Below, one piece after another: positions 53,703 to 63,283 of a stretch of DNA of 63,283 nucleotides (within the stretch, counting starts at the first letter, position 1; each line of letters begins with the position of its first letter). Location of the stretch: NCBI GenBank assembly GCA_002787155.1, contig PCVY01000022.1:29336-92618 (forward strand). Direction: 5' to 3'. The DNA is from Candidatus Abzuiibacterium crystallinum. Lineage in GTDB: Bacteria > Omnitrophota > Omnitrophia > Omnitrophales > Abzuiibacteriaceae. Under the pieces are notes generated by a model that saw only the letters and a list, made by a program, of their open reading frames with translations, did not search any database and was not told the DNA's origin. A program made the translations under genes and the position numbers.

Positions 53703-53731
53703 TTGACAAGTATTAATAATTATGCATAATA
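53703..53731 (+). promoter_or_regulatory. Sigma-70-type promoter candidate for the BNR-repeat gene
   Basis: TTGACA (53703-53708), a 16-17-nt spacer, then CATAAT/ATAATA (53725-53731). AGGAGGA RBS at 53754-53760 and ATG at 53765. Confidence 0.5.
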
Positions 53732-53764
53732 ATTATTTATATTTGTTATATTTAGGAGGATGAA

Positions 53765-55417
53765 ATGCGGGTTTTTAGGTGGATTTGGACATTAATCACT
53801 GGGCTTTTTTTGTTTTGTACGACAGCTTTCTCCCAAGGTAGTTGGACACCCATGGAAACTCCCCGGTTTTCAGGCATCCCGCAAAGTATCAATTCGTATG
53901 ACTCATCACCGGACAACATTTTTGTTGCCGCTGCCGGTGACTTGTTTCTAAAATCCGGGGATCAAAAAGAGTGGGAGCGTATTTTTAGAATCAGAGGTGA
54001 AAATTCAAAAGTGAATCGTTTTCTCATCTCACCGTTCGACCCTCGTGCCTGGTATATATTAACCACAAATGGTTTGTGGCAATCCGTGGACGCGGGTTCT
54101 CATTGGATGCTGTCTTTTCAAAAGATAGGAAATGAAGCGAACAACATTCTGTCACTTACTTTTGATTCCCAAAATAAGTCCAGACTTTATTTAGGGACCA
54201 ACCGTGGTATTTGGATTAGTCATGATCAAGGCAATGTGTGGCACCGGATATTTTCCGAACTATCTCATACACCCATGGTTGATATGGCAATAGCGCAGCA
54301 AGACCATGAACTTTTTTTAGCGACCTCCCGTGCACTTTATCGTTATCATACCGGTCTTGACCAATTAGAACGGGTTTTCCAAAATACTTTATCTCTCAAT
54401 GAGGAACCTGAGGCATTTGAATTTGAAGATGAGGCACACACGTCGTCAGGCATTAAACGCATCATCCTCGGTCAGGATACTTTCTTTGAAATAGCTCTCG
54501 GCACAAGCCACGGCGTTTTGGTAAGTCAGGATGAGGGTGAAACTTGGGAACAATTATCATTGGCGGGTTTGCGCTCAATTGAAATCACTGACCTGGCGTA
54601 TGCTAAAAAAACAAAACAATTATTCGCCGCAACTGCTAAAGGTGTTTATGTTTATCATCTAAACGAGAAACGCTGGATAGAGCTTTATGAAGGTTTGACC
54701 GAAAACCGCATTTACGCCATTTGTGTTCAGCCCACTGCTCCCGAAAAATTAATCGCAGCCGGCGAAAATAGTTTTTACCAAATGGATTTGCATATGCCTT
54801 CCTTTCAAAATGAAGTCATGCTGCCAACCAAACAAACATTCGATCAACTGCATCAATTAATTCAACTAGAACCAACCGTACGTGATGTCCAGCGCGCCGC
54901 TATTCGCTATGCCCATGTGGGTAACGGTAAAATCAAAAGATGGCATTTGGCTGCGCGTGCGCGTGCTTTAGTGCCGGATGTTTCTTTTTCGAAAGATTTG
55001 GATATTTCTAATAACATTCATGTGGATACAGGCGGTACCAACAATCCCGATTCTTTTACACAAGGGCCGGATGACCGCGATAAGTCTACCGGGATTGATT
55101 TTTCATGGGATTTGGGAGACCTTTTGTTCAGTTCTTCACAAACTTCTATTGATTCACGTGAAAAATTAATGGTAGAACTGCGGGATGAGATTTTGGGTGA
55201 AGTGACACGCCTTTATTTCGAACGCAGAAGATTGCAGCTAGAACTTCTTCACCAGCCGCCGGCAGATGAACTTTCTCAAATGAAGGCTTGGCTGCGGATT
55301 GAAGAACTCACAGCCAATCTGGATGCCTTAACGGATGGATACTTTTCACGCGAACTTGAAAAACGTTACAGTCACTCACCCTATTGGCTGTATTTATTTA
55401 AGAATGCGGATGTCTAG
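53765..55417 (+). CDS. Secreted BNR/Asp-box repeat (beta-propeller-like) protein with a helical C-terminal region
   Basis: Signal peptide. Asp-box motifs SxDxGxxW occur three times (SVDAGSHW, SHDQGNVW, SQDEGETW). Strong RBS. Confidence 0.75.
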   Translation: MRVFRWIWTLITGLFLFCTTAFSQGSWTPMETPRFSGIPQSINSYDSSPDNIFVAAAGDLFLKSGDQKEWERIFRIRGENSKVNRFLISPFDPRAWYILTTNGLWQSVDAGSHWMLSFQKIGNEANNILSLTFDSQNKSRLYLGTNRGIWISHDQGNVWHRIFSELSHTPMVDMAIAQQDHELFLATSRALYRYHTGLDQLERVFQNTLSLNEEPEAFEFEDEAHTSSGIKRIILGQDTFFEIALGTSHGVLVSQDEGETWEQLSLAGLRSIEITDLAYAKKTKQLFAATAKGVYVYHLNEKRWIELYEGLTENRIYAICVQPTAPEKLIAAGENSFYQMDLHMPSFQNEVMLPTKQTFDQLHQLIQLEPTVRDVQRAAIRYAHVGNGKIKRWHLAARARALVPDVSFSKDLDISNNIHVDTGGTNNPDSFTQGPDDRDKSTGIDFSWDLGDLLFSSSQTSIDSREKLMVELRDEILGEVTRLYFERRRLQLELLHQPPADELSQMKAWLRIEELTANLDALTDGYFSRELEKRYSHSPYWLYLFKNADV

Positions 55418-55450
55418 TCGCAACCGAACGGTAAAGAAGCTAAAAAGGAA

Positions 55451-55482
55451 TTTGTCATTCCGGCACAAGCCGGAATGACAAA
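55451..55482. terminator. Hairpin between convergent genes (probable bidirectional terminator)
   Basis: Perfect 14-bp stem TTTGTCATTCCGGC / GCCGGAATGACAAA with loop ACAA. On the minus strand it is followed by TTCCTTTTT. It lies 34 nt after the BNR gene stop and 73 nt after the stop of the giant ORF. Confidence 0.6.
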
Positions 55483-55555
55483 CTAGGCGCACTGTCAATT
55501 TTGCGTAGTTAACCTTTGGCGATACATGGATTAAAAAGTGGAAATCGCGCAAGCG

Positions 55556-58500
55556 TTAAGCGGCGATTGCAACCTGAACTCTATTCTTCAGATCGTTTAC
55601 CAATTCACGCGCTAATCCAATCACGCTCAAGAAACGCTCAACACCATCCACCACGCGCAAGGTTGCATCCATCGTCAATTTCTCCAACACATACCGGCCA
55701 TAAAGGCGGTCGGCCGGAAGCGCGATTACCTGGGCACTCGAAGCACGTAATTCGCTTCGGAGGATATGATTTAAATCAGCAATAGAACGCGCCACGCGAA
55801 CACGCTTTGCTGGCGGCATATCTGCCATCAGTGCTTGTACCTGAATGGCTTCTGCTTCGTTACCTACTAATGCAACTAAGGGATGTTCGTCAGCGATTGC
55901 TTGAGCCACCGGGAGCAAGGTAGCGCCTAATTCGCGGTTAAATTCGGGTAAAAACACCAAAGCTTCACGGCTGGTCACATTTTCAGTCAGTGCCGATTCC
56001 GCCGCAGAAGACCCGTTGACATTTTGACCGGAAATGACATTTGCAGCATCCGGTGATTGGCTGCCGGCAGCGACGCTAAGCGCAGCCAAGATGATTTGTG
56101 TTTTACTTTTCAAATCAAGCGCCGCAACTGCGTGTTTAACTGCTTCTGCGCTTTGTAAAATATTTCTTAATGTACGCGGCGCATAAGCGCTTTTTACGTC
56201 CAATGTTTCAAAATCAAGACGCAGCTCTGAACGTTCCCGAGGTGCCGACTTCTCAGTTTGCGCATTTTGCTGCAGCAGCGGCTCATAAAGTGTCTCGGGT
56301 TGTTTTGGTTTTAAAACCAATTGACTGGCTAGAGCTTCTAGACGAGAAGCTATGTGATCTAAATCCTGTAACCCGGGTTCTATCACTCGAATACCATGTG
56401 CAATTTTGGTGTGTAAAATAATTTGACCTATTTCGCCAAAAAGCTTGTTGAACCGTTCTAACCGGTCATCCCCCGCATTGATAAAATTGACGAGGATTTG
56501 TGCCGCATCAAAATGCGACCTAAGTTCACGCAATGAACGGCCTTTCGGCATTTCAAATTGCCGTTCAATCGAGTCAAGTGCTGCCAAGCCTTGGCTTAAA
56601 ATAAGATCAACTTGATCAACAGTTTCGGTCTTCACTTCAAGCGATTGCACAAATTGAATAATTTGTTCGACTGACTTGGATGCCCTTTGAATTGGCGTGC
56701 GAACACTTTCAATGCCGGTCAAATGCGGTAACTGTAAACGAATCTCTTGTAAGACTCTCGACAGCGTATGCAAATCTTTAACTGTAATCAATTCGTCGGA
56801 ATCTTTGCCGACCGCACGGATAATGAGATGAATAGCCTGATCCAAATGGCGAATCACTGGTTTTAAGGACCGATTGGCCGGCAACGCTTGTTTTGTTTGG
56901 GCCTCTTCCAGCAATACTTTAATCAAAGCCAGCTTGGCTTTCACAAAATTAAGCGTGGCAATCGATGGACGTGCCTTGGGTCTCGTAACCGATGTTTCCG
57001 GTTGTGTTTCTATTTGAGTACGTAATTCCGCTTTCGGACTTTCTTGCGCCAAAATAGCTTCCCCTTCTAGCACGATTTCCCCAGAATCTGGTTGATCTCC
57101 ATCTTCTTCCAGCACCACTTTAAAAATACCGGATGCTGCGTTGACGGGTGCCGCTACCAAATGAAAATCTCCAAAGAACGACCCTTGTAAAAAACGGAAA
57201 TTAGATTCGCCTGAACGCTTAATCCGAGGCAGAACATCTTGCAAATGAGAAATCAATTGATCAGAAACCGCTTGGTCTGATGCGCCGCGAAAAGCGCCGC
57301 GGTTAATAAAATTGATCCGGAGTTTCACCGCACCGTTCGGAATGCTGAGACGGTCTAATTCGGCAAATACCGATTCCACGGTCGGAAAATGCAAAAGAAT
57401 ATTTCTTTTAAGCCGCTCACTTTGCCATTTGTCGACGGACTCTTGACGGTCTTCCCACGGCAGCCACATCTCATACAAAGACTTTGTCTCAAGCGGATTA
57501 ATTTGAGGTTCGTCAGGCACCAAAGTGCGCCGCACGTGGATAAGAAGCGCGGCTGTCAAACCTGCTAACAAGCGATTGGTTTTCTCATCCTGGCTCTGTG
57601 TACCGAATGCTACTTTCGGAGACGTGTTCGATTGCCCCCAAAAGATTTCTCCCACCGGGGTGATTAAATGATAAACACCCTCTTCGTTCACCAGCGTATA
57701 GGTCGTTGGTATTGCCTGACCAAGACCGGCATTGTAATTTTCCCAATTTTCAAAGTAAGTAAAATCTCCGCGGCCGGTAAAATAATTAATCATGCGATCA
57801 CGCATGGTGTCCATTACAAGTGTTTTGGCATCATCCGACATCGGCATGCGCTGCTCTTTCAATTGAAAGTAAGGAATGATCCCTTCATCGGTCTTCAGAT
57901 GTGTAAGATATTCTGCGTAAGACCAGTTTTGCAAATGTTTCTTCTTGATAGCCGCAAAAACCTGCAGCCAATAAAATGCAAAGTCTAAGGCATCGTCAAA
58001 AGAATTAATGAAAAGATGAAGCGAATATTCAAATTGAACCAAATTAAAACCCGGATATTTTGCCTGGAAATCTTGGACGCTCTTCACACCTTCTTTTTCG
58101 GCTAAACCCCGCATGATTAAATCCATGGTTGCCTTTACTTTAGAATGGCCTTTGGGATGAACGCCTGAGAGGCCCCCGAAATGGGCAATGGCTTGCCCCA
58201 TCCCGGCATTCATGCGCGCATCACGATAGAAAATCTTACTGAAGTCGCCATACGGATCGAGTGTTAATTTATATTCGATAATCGGATAAGACATATCATC
58301 GCCTAAATAGAGTTCACCTGCCTGCAAGAGACTGACGCGGTCCACATCTAAATCGAAATTAAGAATCAAAAGGTCAGGATGATTGCGGGAATAGTCAACA
58401 ATGTTCGCATCCGGATGCGAAAGTGCTTTGGCATCCTTGCGGGACGGGTCCGCAAGTCCCTGACGCGCCCAAGGATCTCCCTGACTTTTTAGGAGTGTGA

Positions 58501-61500
58501 TATCTGGACCAAAAAGTTCTCTGAAAAATTCAACGTATTCGGCGGCAGAACCGGCATTTAAATTAAAGGCAACTTTCATATGGGAAACTTTGAGCGTTTG
58601 TGCCAGATTGCCATATTTTGCTCTCAAAGAATCAAGGTACATTTGGCGGGCACGATCTCTCGTCGTTTGCGAATCATCTAACGATCCTTCTTGATCGGCT
58701 TTTTCATACTCGGCGGATAAAATCTGAGCTTTCACTGCTTGCAGCATTTCCCCGTAAAGCGTGATACCACCGATATTTGGTTTCGCACCATTGGTACCGA
58801 CTTCCACATGGCTCCGGGTCACATAAAGACCGCCCTGCGCCCCTAGATTGCCGATACTCTTGTAAAGTTCGCCGGACACCGCCACACCAAGATCAATCAC
58901 ATTCACACCCGTGTCACGTAAACCTGCAATCAAAGCCGCTTTAAACGATTGGGTTGAAGGACCGTTGTCACCGGCAATTACAAAGGTATCGCCTGTTTTT
59001 AACCCAACTTTTTGATCGTGACGGCGTGAATAGAATTCAACGGTTCCAAGCGCGCGGCCTATCCAACGCAGAAGGGTTTCATCCACTTCTTGCGGGAAAT
59101 TTTGATCATCGGCACCGTCAAAACCTCTGAAATCGTATTCTTTGACAAATTTATTTAAGATTTGCTCCAAACTTTTACCGTGCTTGGACTGCCACGTCAA
59201 AATGCTTTCGTCTTTGACCACGGCGCGCAATTCTGATCGTGAGGTTGGAGAGTTCACTGAAAGATCTAACAAATCATGGATGACGATAAACTGATCCAAC
59301 TCTGTCACAGCTCGATCCAACAATTCAAGCTGCACAAGTTCTGCCGCTGTATGAGGAACGCGGCTATGATTTTCACGAATGCTTTTCAATGTTCCTTGAA
59401 CAGCATTAATGGTCCCCACTAATTCTTCAAAGTTTTGCCGCTCCACGATGGATATTCGATCGCGTCTTTTGGCAGCACCGTCACGCGATTGCCTGATGAG
59501 TTGATTGGTATCCACGGTTGAAGTCGTGCGAATGCTCAGCCACTTTTGTATCCATTCCTTAAAATCAGAAGAAGGCTGACTAGCAGGACTTGAAAATAAC
59601 CGGATAATCTCTAAAGAGAGTAAGCGAAGTCGGTTATGTTTAGCCATTAAGCCAAGAAAGATACGGTCAATCACAATGGTTTCAGAATCTGCTTGTGAAA
59701 TTGGTGAGGTTGCTCCTGCGGCAACTTCGGTCGTTTTAATATTCTGAAGTTCCGAGGGGATATTTTCTAAATGACCATTGCTAACTGATCGGCGGCTGGC
59801 AATTCTTAATGCCTGCTGATAGAAGCTCGGCAATGCTGCGACAGCTTCTTCAATTAATTTGTCTTTGGCATTTGGGATTTGTTCTACGTCCAGATTTGAT
59901 TTGGCTAGTCTCAAACCCTTGCCATAAATTTGTATCGTTTTCTCAATGCCGTTTAAGAATGCTTGGTATGATTTCTTCTTGGGGTGATTCTTTGGTAAGG
60001 TACTGACAAATTGTTTCCACCGAACTAATAATTGAAGCCGGCGTTGAATCTCCTGCTGGGCTGGTCGAACGCCCACTTCTTCAACTAAACTTTGGACATC
60101 TTCCGGTGTCATCGAAAGACCCTTTGCCTTCAAGAGAGCTGCTTCTGCTTTAGCGAAAGGCGTGTCTCCACTCACATATTTTTCGTGCCATTCTCGAATA
60201 CGCTGATTGGTCACGCGATCCGCCGCCGCTGAGGTGGGAATATTTTCCTTAACGGACATCTCCAGAATTTCATGAACGGTATCACCGATTTGTGCGATCT
60301 TTTCATCAAGTGTCAGTCCTTTTGTGTCATCTTTTAACAGATCCCATCCGGCCGCAATCAGTCCGCCTGCATTTAAAATGTAATCCGGAACATATAAAAT
60401 ATTTTCTTGGTGAAGCCGGTCGCCGTCCGCTTCTCTAGCCAGCTGATTATTAGCAGCACCGGCAATCAACTGAAATCCGGCTGCTTTTAAACGGGGAATC
60501 GTTTTTTCATTCAAAATAGCGCCGACAGCATTAGGACTAAAAACTTCGGCTTCTTTCACATCGTAAACATCATCCGGATGATTCAAAATGACAAGTCTGC
60601 CTGCTGCAATCTCTGGAGCATATTTTTTTCTGAGCTGTTCAAGCAAAGCTTGATTCACGTCCGCGAGATAAACTTTCTTCGCGCGCTCACCTAAGTCATC
60701 ACTACGCATCCATTTTTCAAGCAATTCACCCCCTACGCTGCCCGCACCCTGACTGGCAATGGTGATATTTTGCAAACCGCCGGTTCCAAACTTTTGGCGC
60801 ACACCGCCGCGAATACCGGCCATCACACCTCTAGCCGTATAAGCTGCGGGGATTCTGCCGCCATGATCAATTAATTCATCCCCGGTTCCGACCATCGTCC
60901 AAGGGGCTACAGCAGCCATGGCTGCTACATCTTGATCCGAAGTATTCATGTCAACAGCAGTCAAAATAATTTGCAATTGATTAAGCGCGCGCGCCACATA
61001 CTGTTGGATACGCTGCTTTCGTTCTTTGTTAGCGGGATCTTTCGGGTCAAAGCCTGCTTGGATCACGACTTTACCGCCCGCCCATTCCACGCCTGAGCCG
61101 GCTGACTTATGTCCCATACCTTCGCCTAAGCGCTCATTATCGATTAAAGCATCTACTGGGGTTGGGTAATTTTTAATCCGTGTACCGCCCAAAGCCCAGC
61201 TGCCGTGAAAAGCCTTTCGAAACGCATCAATGAACGCCCATTCTTCTGTCATACCTTCGGCTTCTACTACTTCCTGACGTGCTTGCCAAACGCCATACGC
61301 CAATTTAAATTGCGCGATCGACGGATGAGCGATCGAGGGATAAAGACTCACATATGCTTTCGTATCCGTTTCAAACGGAACGGGGATTTCGTAGAGCGCC
61401 ACATGATCATGCCAATATTCACGTGCCGGCGGCGGCAAAAGTTCTTTAATAGTATATTTTAAAACTTCCGCATCCGGCATCCCGGCAATGTGAACTTCAT

Positions 61501-63232
61501 ATAAACCCGGTGTGTCGGTTTCAATTTCATCAACACCTGATTTAGAAGCGCGAAGTTCCGATTGAACGCCTGCGCGTACTGATGTGTCTAATGCTGACAA
61601 TTCTGTAATTGGCAGGCCATTTTGCCCCTCAAACTCATTCAGCGCTCCTAAAGCTTGTTGGGCCTCTAGACGGCGCGCTTCAATGTCATCACCATTATGA
61701 AAATCTCCGTCCCGCCGTTCAAAACGAATCGCGTTAAGTGCCCGCTGTGCGTTTTGGGCAGCTTGGAGCAAAGGCAGCCGTTTGGTTTCAAGGGATGCTT
61801 TCATGCTTAATGCAACTTGTTTTAAGAAAAGCGCAGCCCGCTTTAACTCAATTTGATCAGGCCGTTCGAGGGAAATCGTGAATCCCGCCCGACGCAAGGC
61901 GTCTTGAAACATGAGTTCGCGCTGGTGACCGTCAAAAAACTTTTCCCGAGTGATTTCGCCGCGTTTAAATTCCGGAATCCGTGACTCAATTTGGTGAGGG
62001 ATAAAACCAAGCCTTAAATATTCGTTGGCCGCTTCGGCAACTTTTGAATCAGAAATGCCCGTATAGCCAATGAGCAAAATCGTTCTTCCGATAAATAATT
62101 CCTCTTTTGGAAACTCCTCGCGCGCCGCTTGAAGACCTTCGAGTGCAAGCGTATTTAAGAAACGGAGCGTGACGAGCATGCGGTTTCCAATACGCTCTCC
62201 GACAGAGCGCTTTAAGTACGCCGCATTGGTTTGTTGAGGTGTAAAACCGCTCAGCCATTCGGTGAATTGCTCAAGCGTGAATTTATCTCTCAGAGATTCC
62301 GGCGTCAGGCCGTAGAGTGTATGCCAATTCATGTGCTTGTCTGCCAAATTCAGGCGCAAAAAATCAGCGATTTGTCTTAATTCTTCGGTCGTGAGAATGT
62401 TCGCTAATTGAGTAGGGTTCAACTCGGCAGGGGTCAGGGATCGGGGATCAGCCCTTCGACTATGCTCAGGACTGATGCTGAGCGAAGTCGAAGCATCAGA
62501 AATTAATTGTTTTTCCTGTTCCCTGTCCCCCGACACCTGTTCCCTTTTTTGCCGCAGCTCAGAGTGGGACTTGAGATCGAAAATCTGCGTTAGCGCTTGA
62601 CGTGTCACTGCAAACATCCTTTGATAAGGTTGTTCGCGCGTTTGTTTTGCACTTTGGGCGAGTGCTTTATTTAAAACGTGTTTTTGATCGACGGCCAGTG
62701 AACCGCTCCTGCGCAAAATTCGGATTTGTTCCAAGGCAGCCATACTGGCATTTGCGTTCAAATCTTTGACAGCAGGCGGCGCATTGAGTTCAAGAATAGC
62801 CTCGCTGCCAAATCTGGCTATCAGCTTATCTTGTTGAATAAGTCCCGTTAATTGACGAACCGCTTCTTCCCGCACTACTCTCATGTGAACCGCTTGAAGA
62901 AAAACGCTTAAACCTCTATCAGAAATAGTGGTCAAATTCATTTTTTTCGGTAAATCGGGTACCGTTTTTGTTTGATTGTCTACAACCTGAGAACGTCTAA
63001 AAGAAGTGCCTTCGATAACGTGGTAAGGATTCGGATGCCGCCACAACTCTTGGACTAATAATAAGGCTTCACGCCTGACCAGCTTAGATTGATCAGTGCC
63101 GCTTAGCTGCCAGATAGATTGATTCGGGTCTGCAAGCCATTTAGCGGTTTCAATGATCGGTTTGATCCGAGGGTCATTTTCAATATCCTTTGTTCCTGCT
63201 ATCCAATCCCGTAAACGTGTTGTTGCAATCAA
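55556..63232 (-). CDS. Giant (at least 2558 aa) hypothetical multidomain protein: Leu/Phe/Val-dehydrogenase-like domain, phosphohexomutase-like domain, long helical regions, and a C-terminal module shared with the 2019-aa ORF; 5' end probably outside the window
   Basis: Uninterrupted 7.7-kb ORF. The track start is a TTG without an SD, and my reading finds no in-frame stop between it and the right window edge. The first ATG is ~98 codons in. Domain motifs are given in the findings. Confidence 0.85.
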   Translation of the reverse strand: MIATTRLRDWIAGTKDIENDPRIKPIIETAKWLADPNQSIWQLSGTDQSKLVRREALLLVQELWRHPNPYHVIEGTSFRRSQVVDNQTKTVPDLPKKMNLTTISDRGLSVFLQAVHMRVVREEAVRQLTGLIQQDKLIARFGSEAILELNAPPAVKDLNANASMAALEQIRILRRSGSLAVDQKHVLNKALAQSAKQTREQPYQRMFAVTRQALTQIFDLKSHSELRQKREQVSGDREQEKQLISDASTSLSISPEHSRRADPRSLTPAELNPTQLANILTTEELRQIADFLRLNLADKHMNWHTLYGLTPESLRDKFTLEQFTEWLSGFTPQQTNAAYLKRSVGERIGNRMLVTLRFLNTLALEGLQAAREEFPKEELFIGRTILLIGYTGISDSKVAEAANEYLRLGFIPHQIESRIPEFKRGEITREKFFDGHQRELMFQDALRRAGFTISLERPDQIELKRAALFLKQVALSMKASLETKRLPLLQAAQNAQRALNAIRFERRDGDFHNGDDIEARRLEAQQALGALNEFEGQNGLPITELSALDTSVRAGVQSELRASKSGVDEIETDTPGLYEVHIAGMPDAEVLKYTIKELLPPPAREYWHDHVALYEIPVPFETDTKAYVSLYPSIAHPSIAQFKLAYGVWQARQEVVEAEGMTEEWAFIDAFRKAFHGSWALGGTRIKNYPTPVDALIDNERLGEGMGHKSAGSGVEWAGGKVVIQAGFDPKDPANKERKQRIQQYVARALNQLQIILTAVDMNTSDQDVAAMAAVAPWTMVGTGDELIDHGGRIPAAYTARGVMAGIRGGVRQKFGTGGLQNITIASQGAGSVGGELLEKWMRSDDLGERAKKVYLADVNQALLEQLRKKYAPEIAAGRLVILNHPDDVYDVKEAEVFSPNAVGAILNEKTIPRLKAAGFQLIAGAANNQLAREADGDRLHQENILYVPDYILNAGGLIAAGWDLLKDDTKGLTLDEKIAQIGDTVHEILEMSVKENIPTSAAADRVTNQRIREWHEKYVSGDTPFAKAEAALLKAKGLSMTPEDVQSLVEEVGVRPAQQEIQRRLQLLVRWKQFVSTLPKNHPKKKSYQAFLNGIEKTIQIYGKGLRLAKSNLDVEQIPNAKDKLIEEAVAALPSFYQQALRIASRRSVSNGHLENIPSELQNIKTTEVAAGATSPISQADSETIVIDRIFLGLMAKHNRLRLLSLEIIRLFSSPASQPSSDFKEWIQKWLSIRTTSTVDTNQLIRQSRDGAAKRRDRISIVERQNFEELVGTINAVQGTLKSIRENHSRVPHTAAELVQLELLDRAVTELDQFIVIHDLLDLSVNSPTSRSELRAVVKDESILTWQSKHGKSLEQILNKFVKEYDFRGFDGADDQNFPQEVDETLLRWIGRALGTVEFYSRRHDQKVGLKTGDTFVIAGDNGPSTQSFKAALIAGLRDTGVNVIDLGVAVSGELYKSIGNLGAQGGLYVTRSHVEVGTNGAKPNIGGITLYGEMLQAVKAQILSAEYEKADQEGSLDDSQTTRDRARQMYLDSLRAKYGNLAQTLKVSHMKVAFNLNAGSAAEYVEFFRELFGPDITLLKSQGDPWARQGLADPSRKDAKALSHPDANIVDYSRNHPDLLILNFDLDVDRVSLLQAGELYLGDDMSYPIIEYKLTLDPYGDFSKIFYRDARMNAGMGQAIAHFGGLSGVHPKGHSKVKATMDLIMRGLAEKEGVKSVQDFQAKYPGFNLVQFEYSLHLFINSFDDALDFAFYWLQVFAAIKKKHLQNWSYAEYLTHLKTDEGIIPYFQLKEQRMPMSDDAKTLVMDTMRDRMINYFTGRGDFTYFENWENYNAGLGQAIPTTYTLVNEEGVYHLITPVGEIFWGQSNTSPKVAFGTQSQDEKTNRLLAGLTAALLIHVRRTLVPDEPQINPLETKSLYEMWLPWEDRQESVDKWQSERLKRNILLHFPTVESVFAELDRLSIPNGAVKLRINFINRGAFRGASDQAVSDQLISHLQDVLPRIKRSGESNFRFLQGSFFGDFHLVAAPVNAASGIFKVVLEEDGDQPDSGEIVLEGEAILAQESPKAELRTQIETQPETSVTRPKARPSIATLNFVKAKLALIKVLLEEAQTKQALPANRSLKPVIRHLDQAIHLIIRAVGKDSDELITVKDLHTLSRVLQEIRLQLPHLTGIESVRTPIQRASKSVEQIIQFVQSLEVKTETVDQVDLILSQGLAALDSIERQFEMPKGRSLRELRSHFDAAQILVNFINAGDDRLERFNKLFGEIGQIILHTKIAHGIRVIEPGLQDLDHIASRLEALASQLVLKPKQPETLYEPLLQQNAQTEKSAPRERSELRLDFETLDVKSAYAPRTLRNILQSAEAVKHAVAALDLKSKTQIILAALSVAAGSQSPDAANVISGQNVNGSSAAESALTENVTSREALVFLPEFNRELGATLLPVAQAIADEHPLVALVGNEAEAIQVQALMADMPPAKRVRVARSIADLNHILRSELRASSAQVIALPADRLYGRYVLEKLTMDATLRVVDGVERFLSVIGLARELVNDLKNRVQVAIAA

Positions 63233-63283
63233 TGATTGTAAAATGTGAATAACGGTTTCGCTTTCTGTCCAGGCTCCGCCTTC

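Noticed and set aside
55516-55785. 89-aa plus-strand ORF
   Set aside because: It is antisense to the 3' end of the giant ORF, in the region that encodes the conserved shared C-terminal module. Its translation is Arg/Ser/His-rich mirror sequence.

Overview
Chromosomal window from a diderm (Gram-negative-type) bacterium. Genes are tightly packed and almost all on the minus strand. Content from left to right:
- Housekeeping genes: 3'-truncated pepA, glpD, a HAD hydrolase, a phosphofructokinase and an alpha/beta hydrolase.
- A System II cytochrome c maturation operon (resB-ccsA) followed by a 2x[4Fe-4S] ferredoxin.
- An IS110-family insertion sequence lying between 22-bp perfect inverted repeats, just upstream of resB.
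- A ~13.4-kb co-directional multihaem cluster that reads like a complete inner-membrane-to-outer-membrane electron conduit. It holds a nonahaem c / Rieske / cytochrome b / tetrahaem c set, an ImcH-like heptahaem protein, and a CbcL-like 11-haem c plus b-type cytochrome split by a frameshift in an A8 run. It continues with a sensor kinase plus sigma-54 response regulator, then an octahaem cytochrome and a 701-aa outer-membrane beta-barrel.
- A ~15-kb respiratory supercluster. It starts with a HEAT protein, then Rieske / split cytochrome b6 plus subunit-IV-like / 951-aa octahaem c. Next come a free cupredoxin, a cupredoxin-fused CoxII and an A2-type CoxI. It ends with CtaA, CtaB, CoxIII, CoxIV, an SDR, SCO1, DUF420 and two tiny membrane ORFs.
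- Two giant ORFs (2019 aa and at least 2558 aa, the latter still open at the right window edge). They are separated by a housekeeping block of DegT aminotransferase, half-size TauE, rnhA, cysE, nth, ychF and a BNR-repeat protein.

The two giant proteins have unrelated cores: six S1-like OB folds in one, a Leu/Phe/Val-dehydrogenase-like plus a phosphohexomutase-like domain in the other. They nevertheless share a ~200-aa C-terminal module and a recurring (R/K)SELR motif. This is my best candidate for an undescribed system.

No rRNA, tRNA or CRISPR array was seen by eye. All calls rest on motif recognition in the supplied translations and on manual reading of the DNA; no database search was possible.
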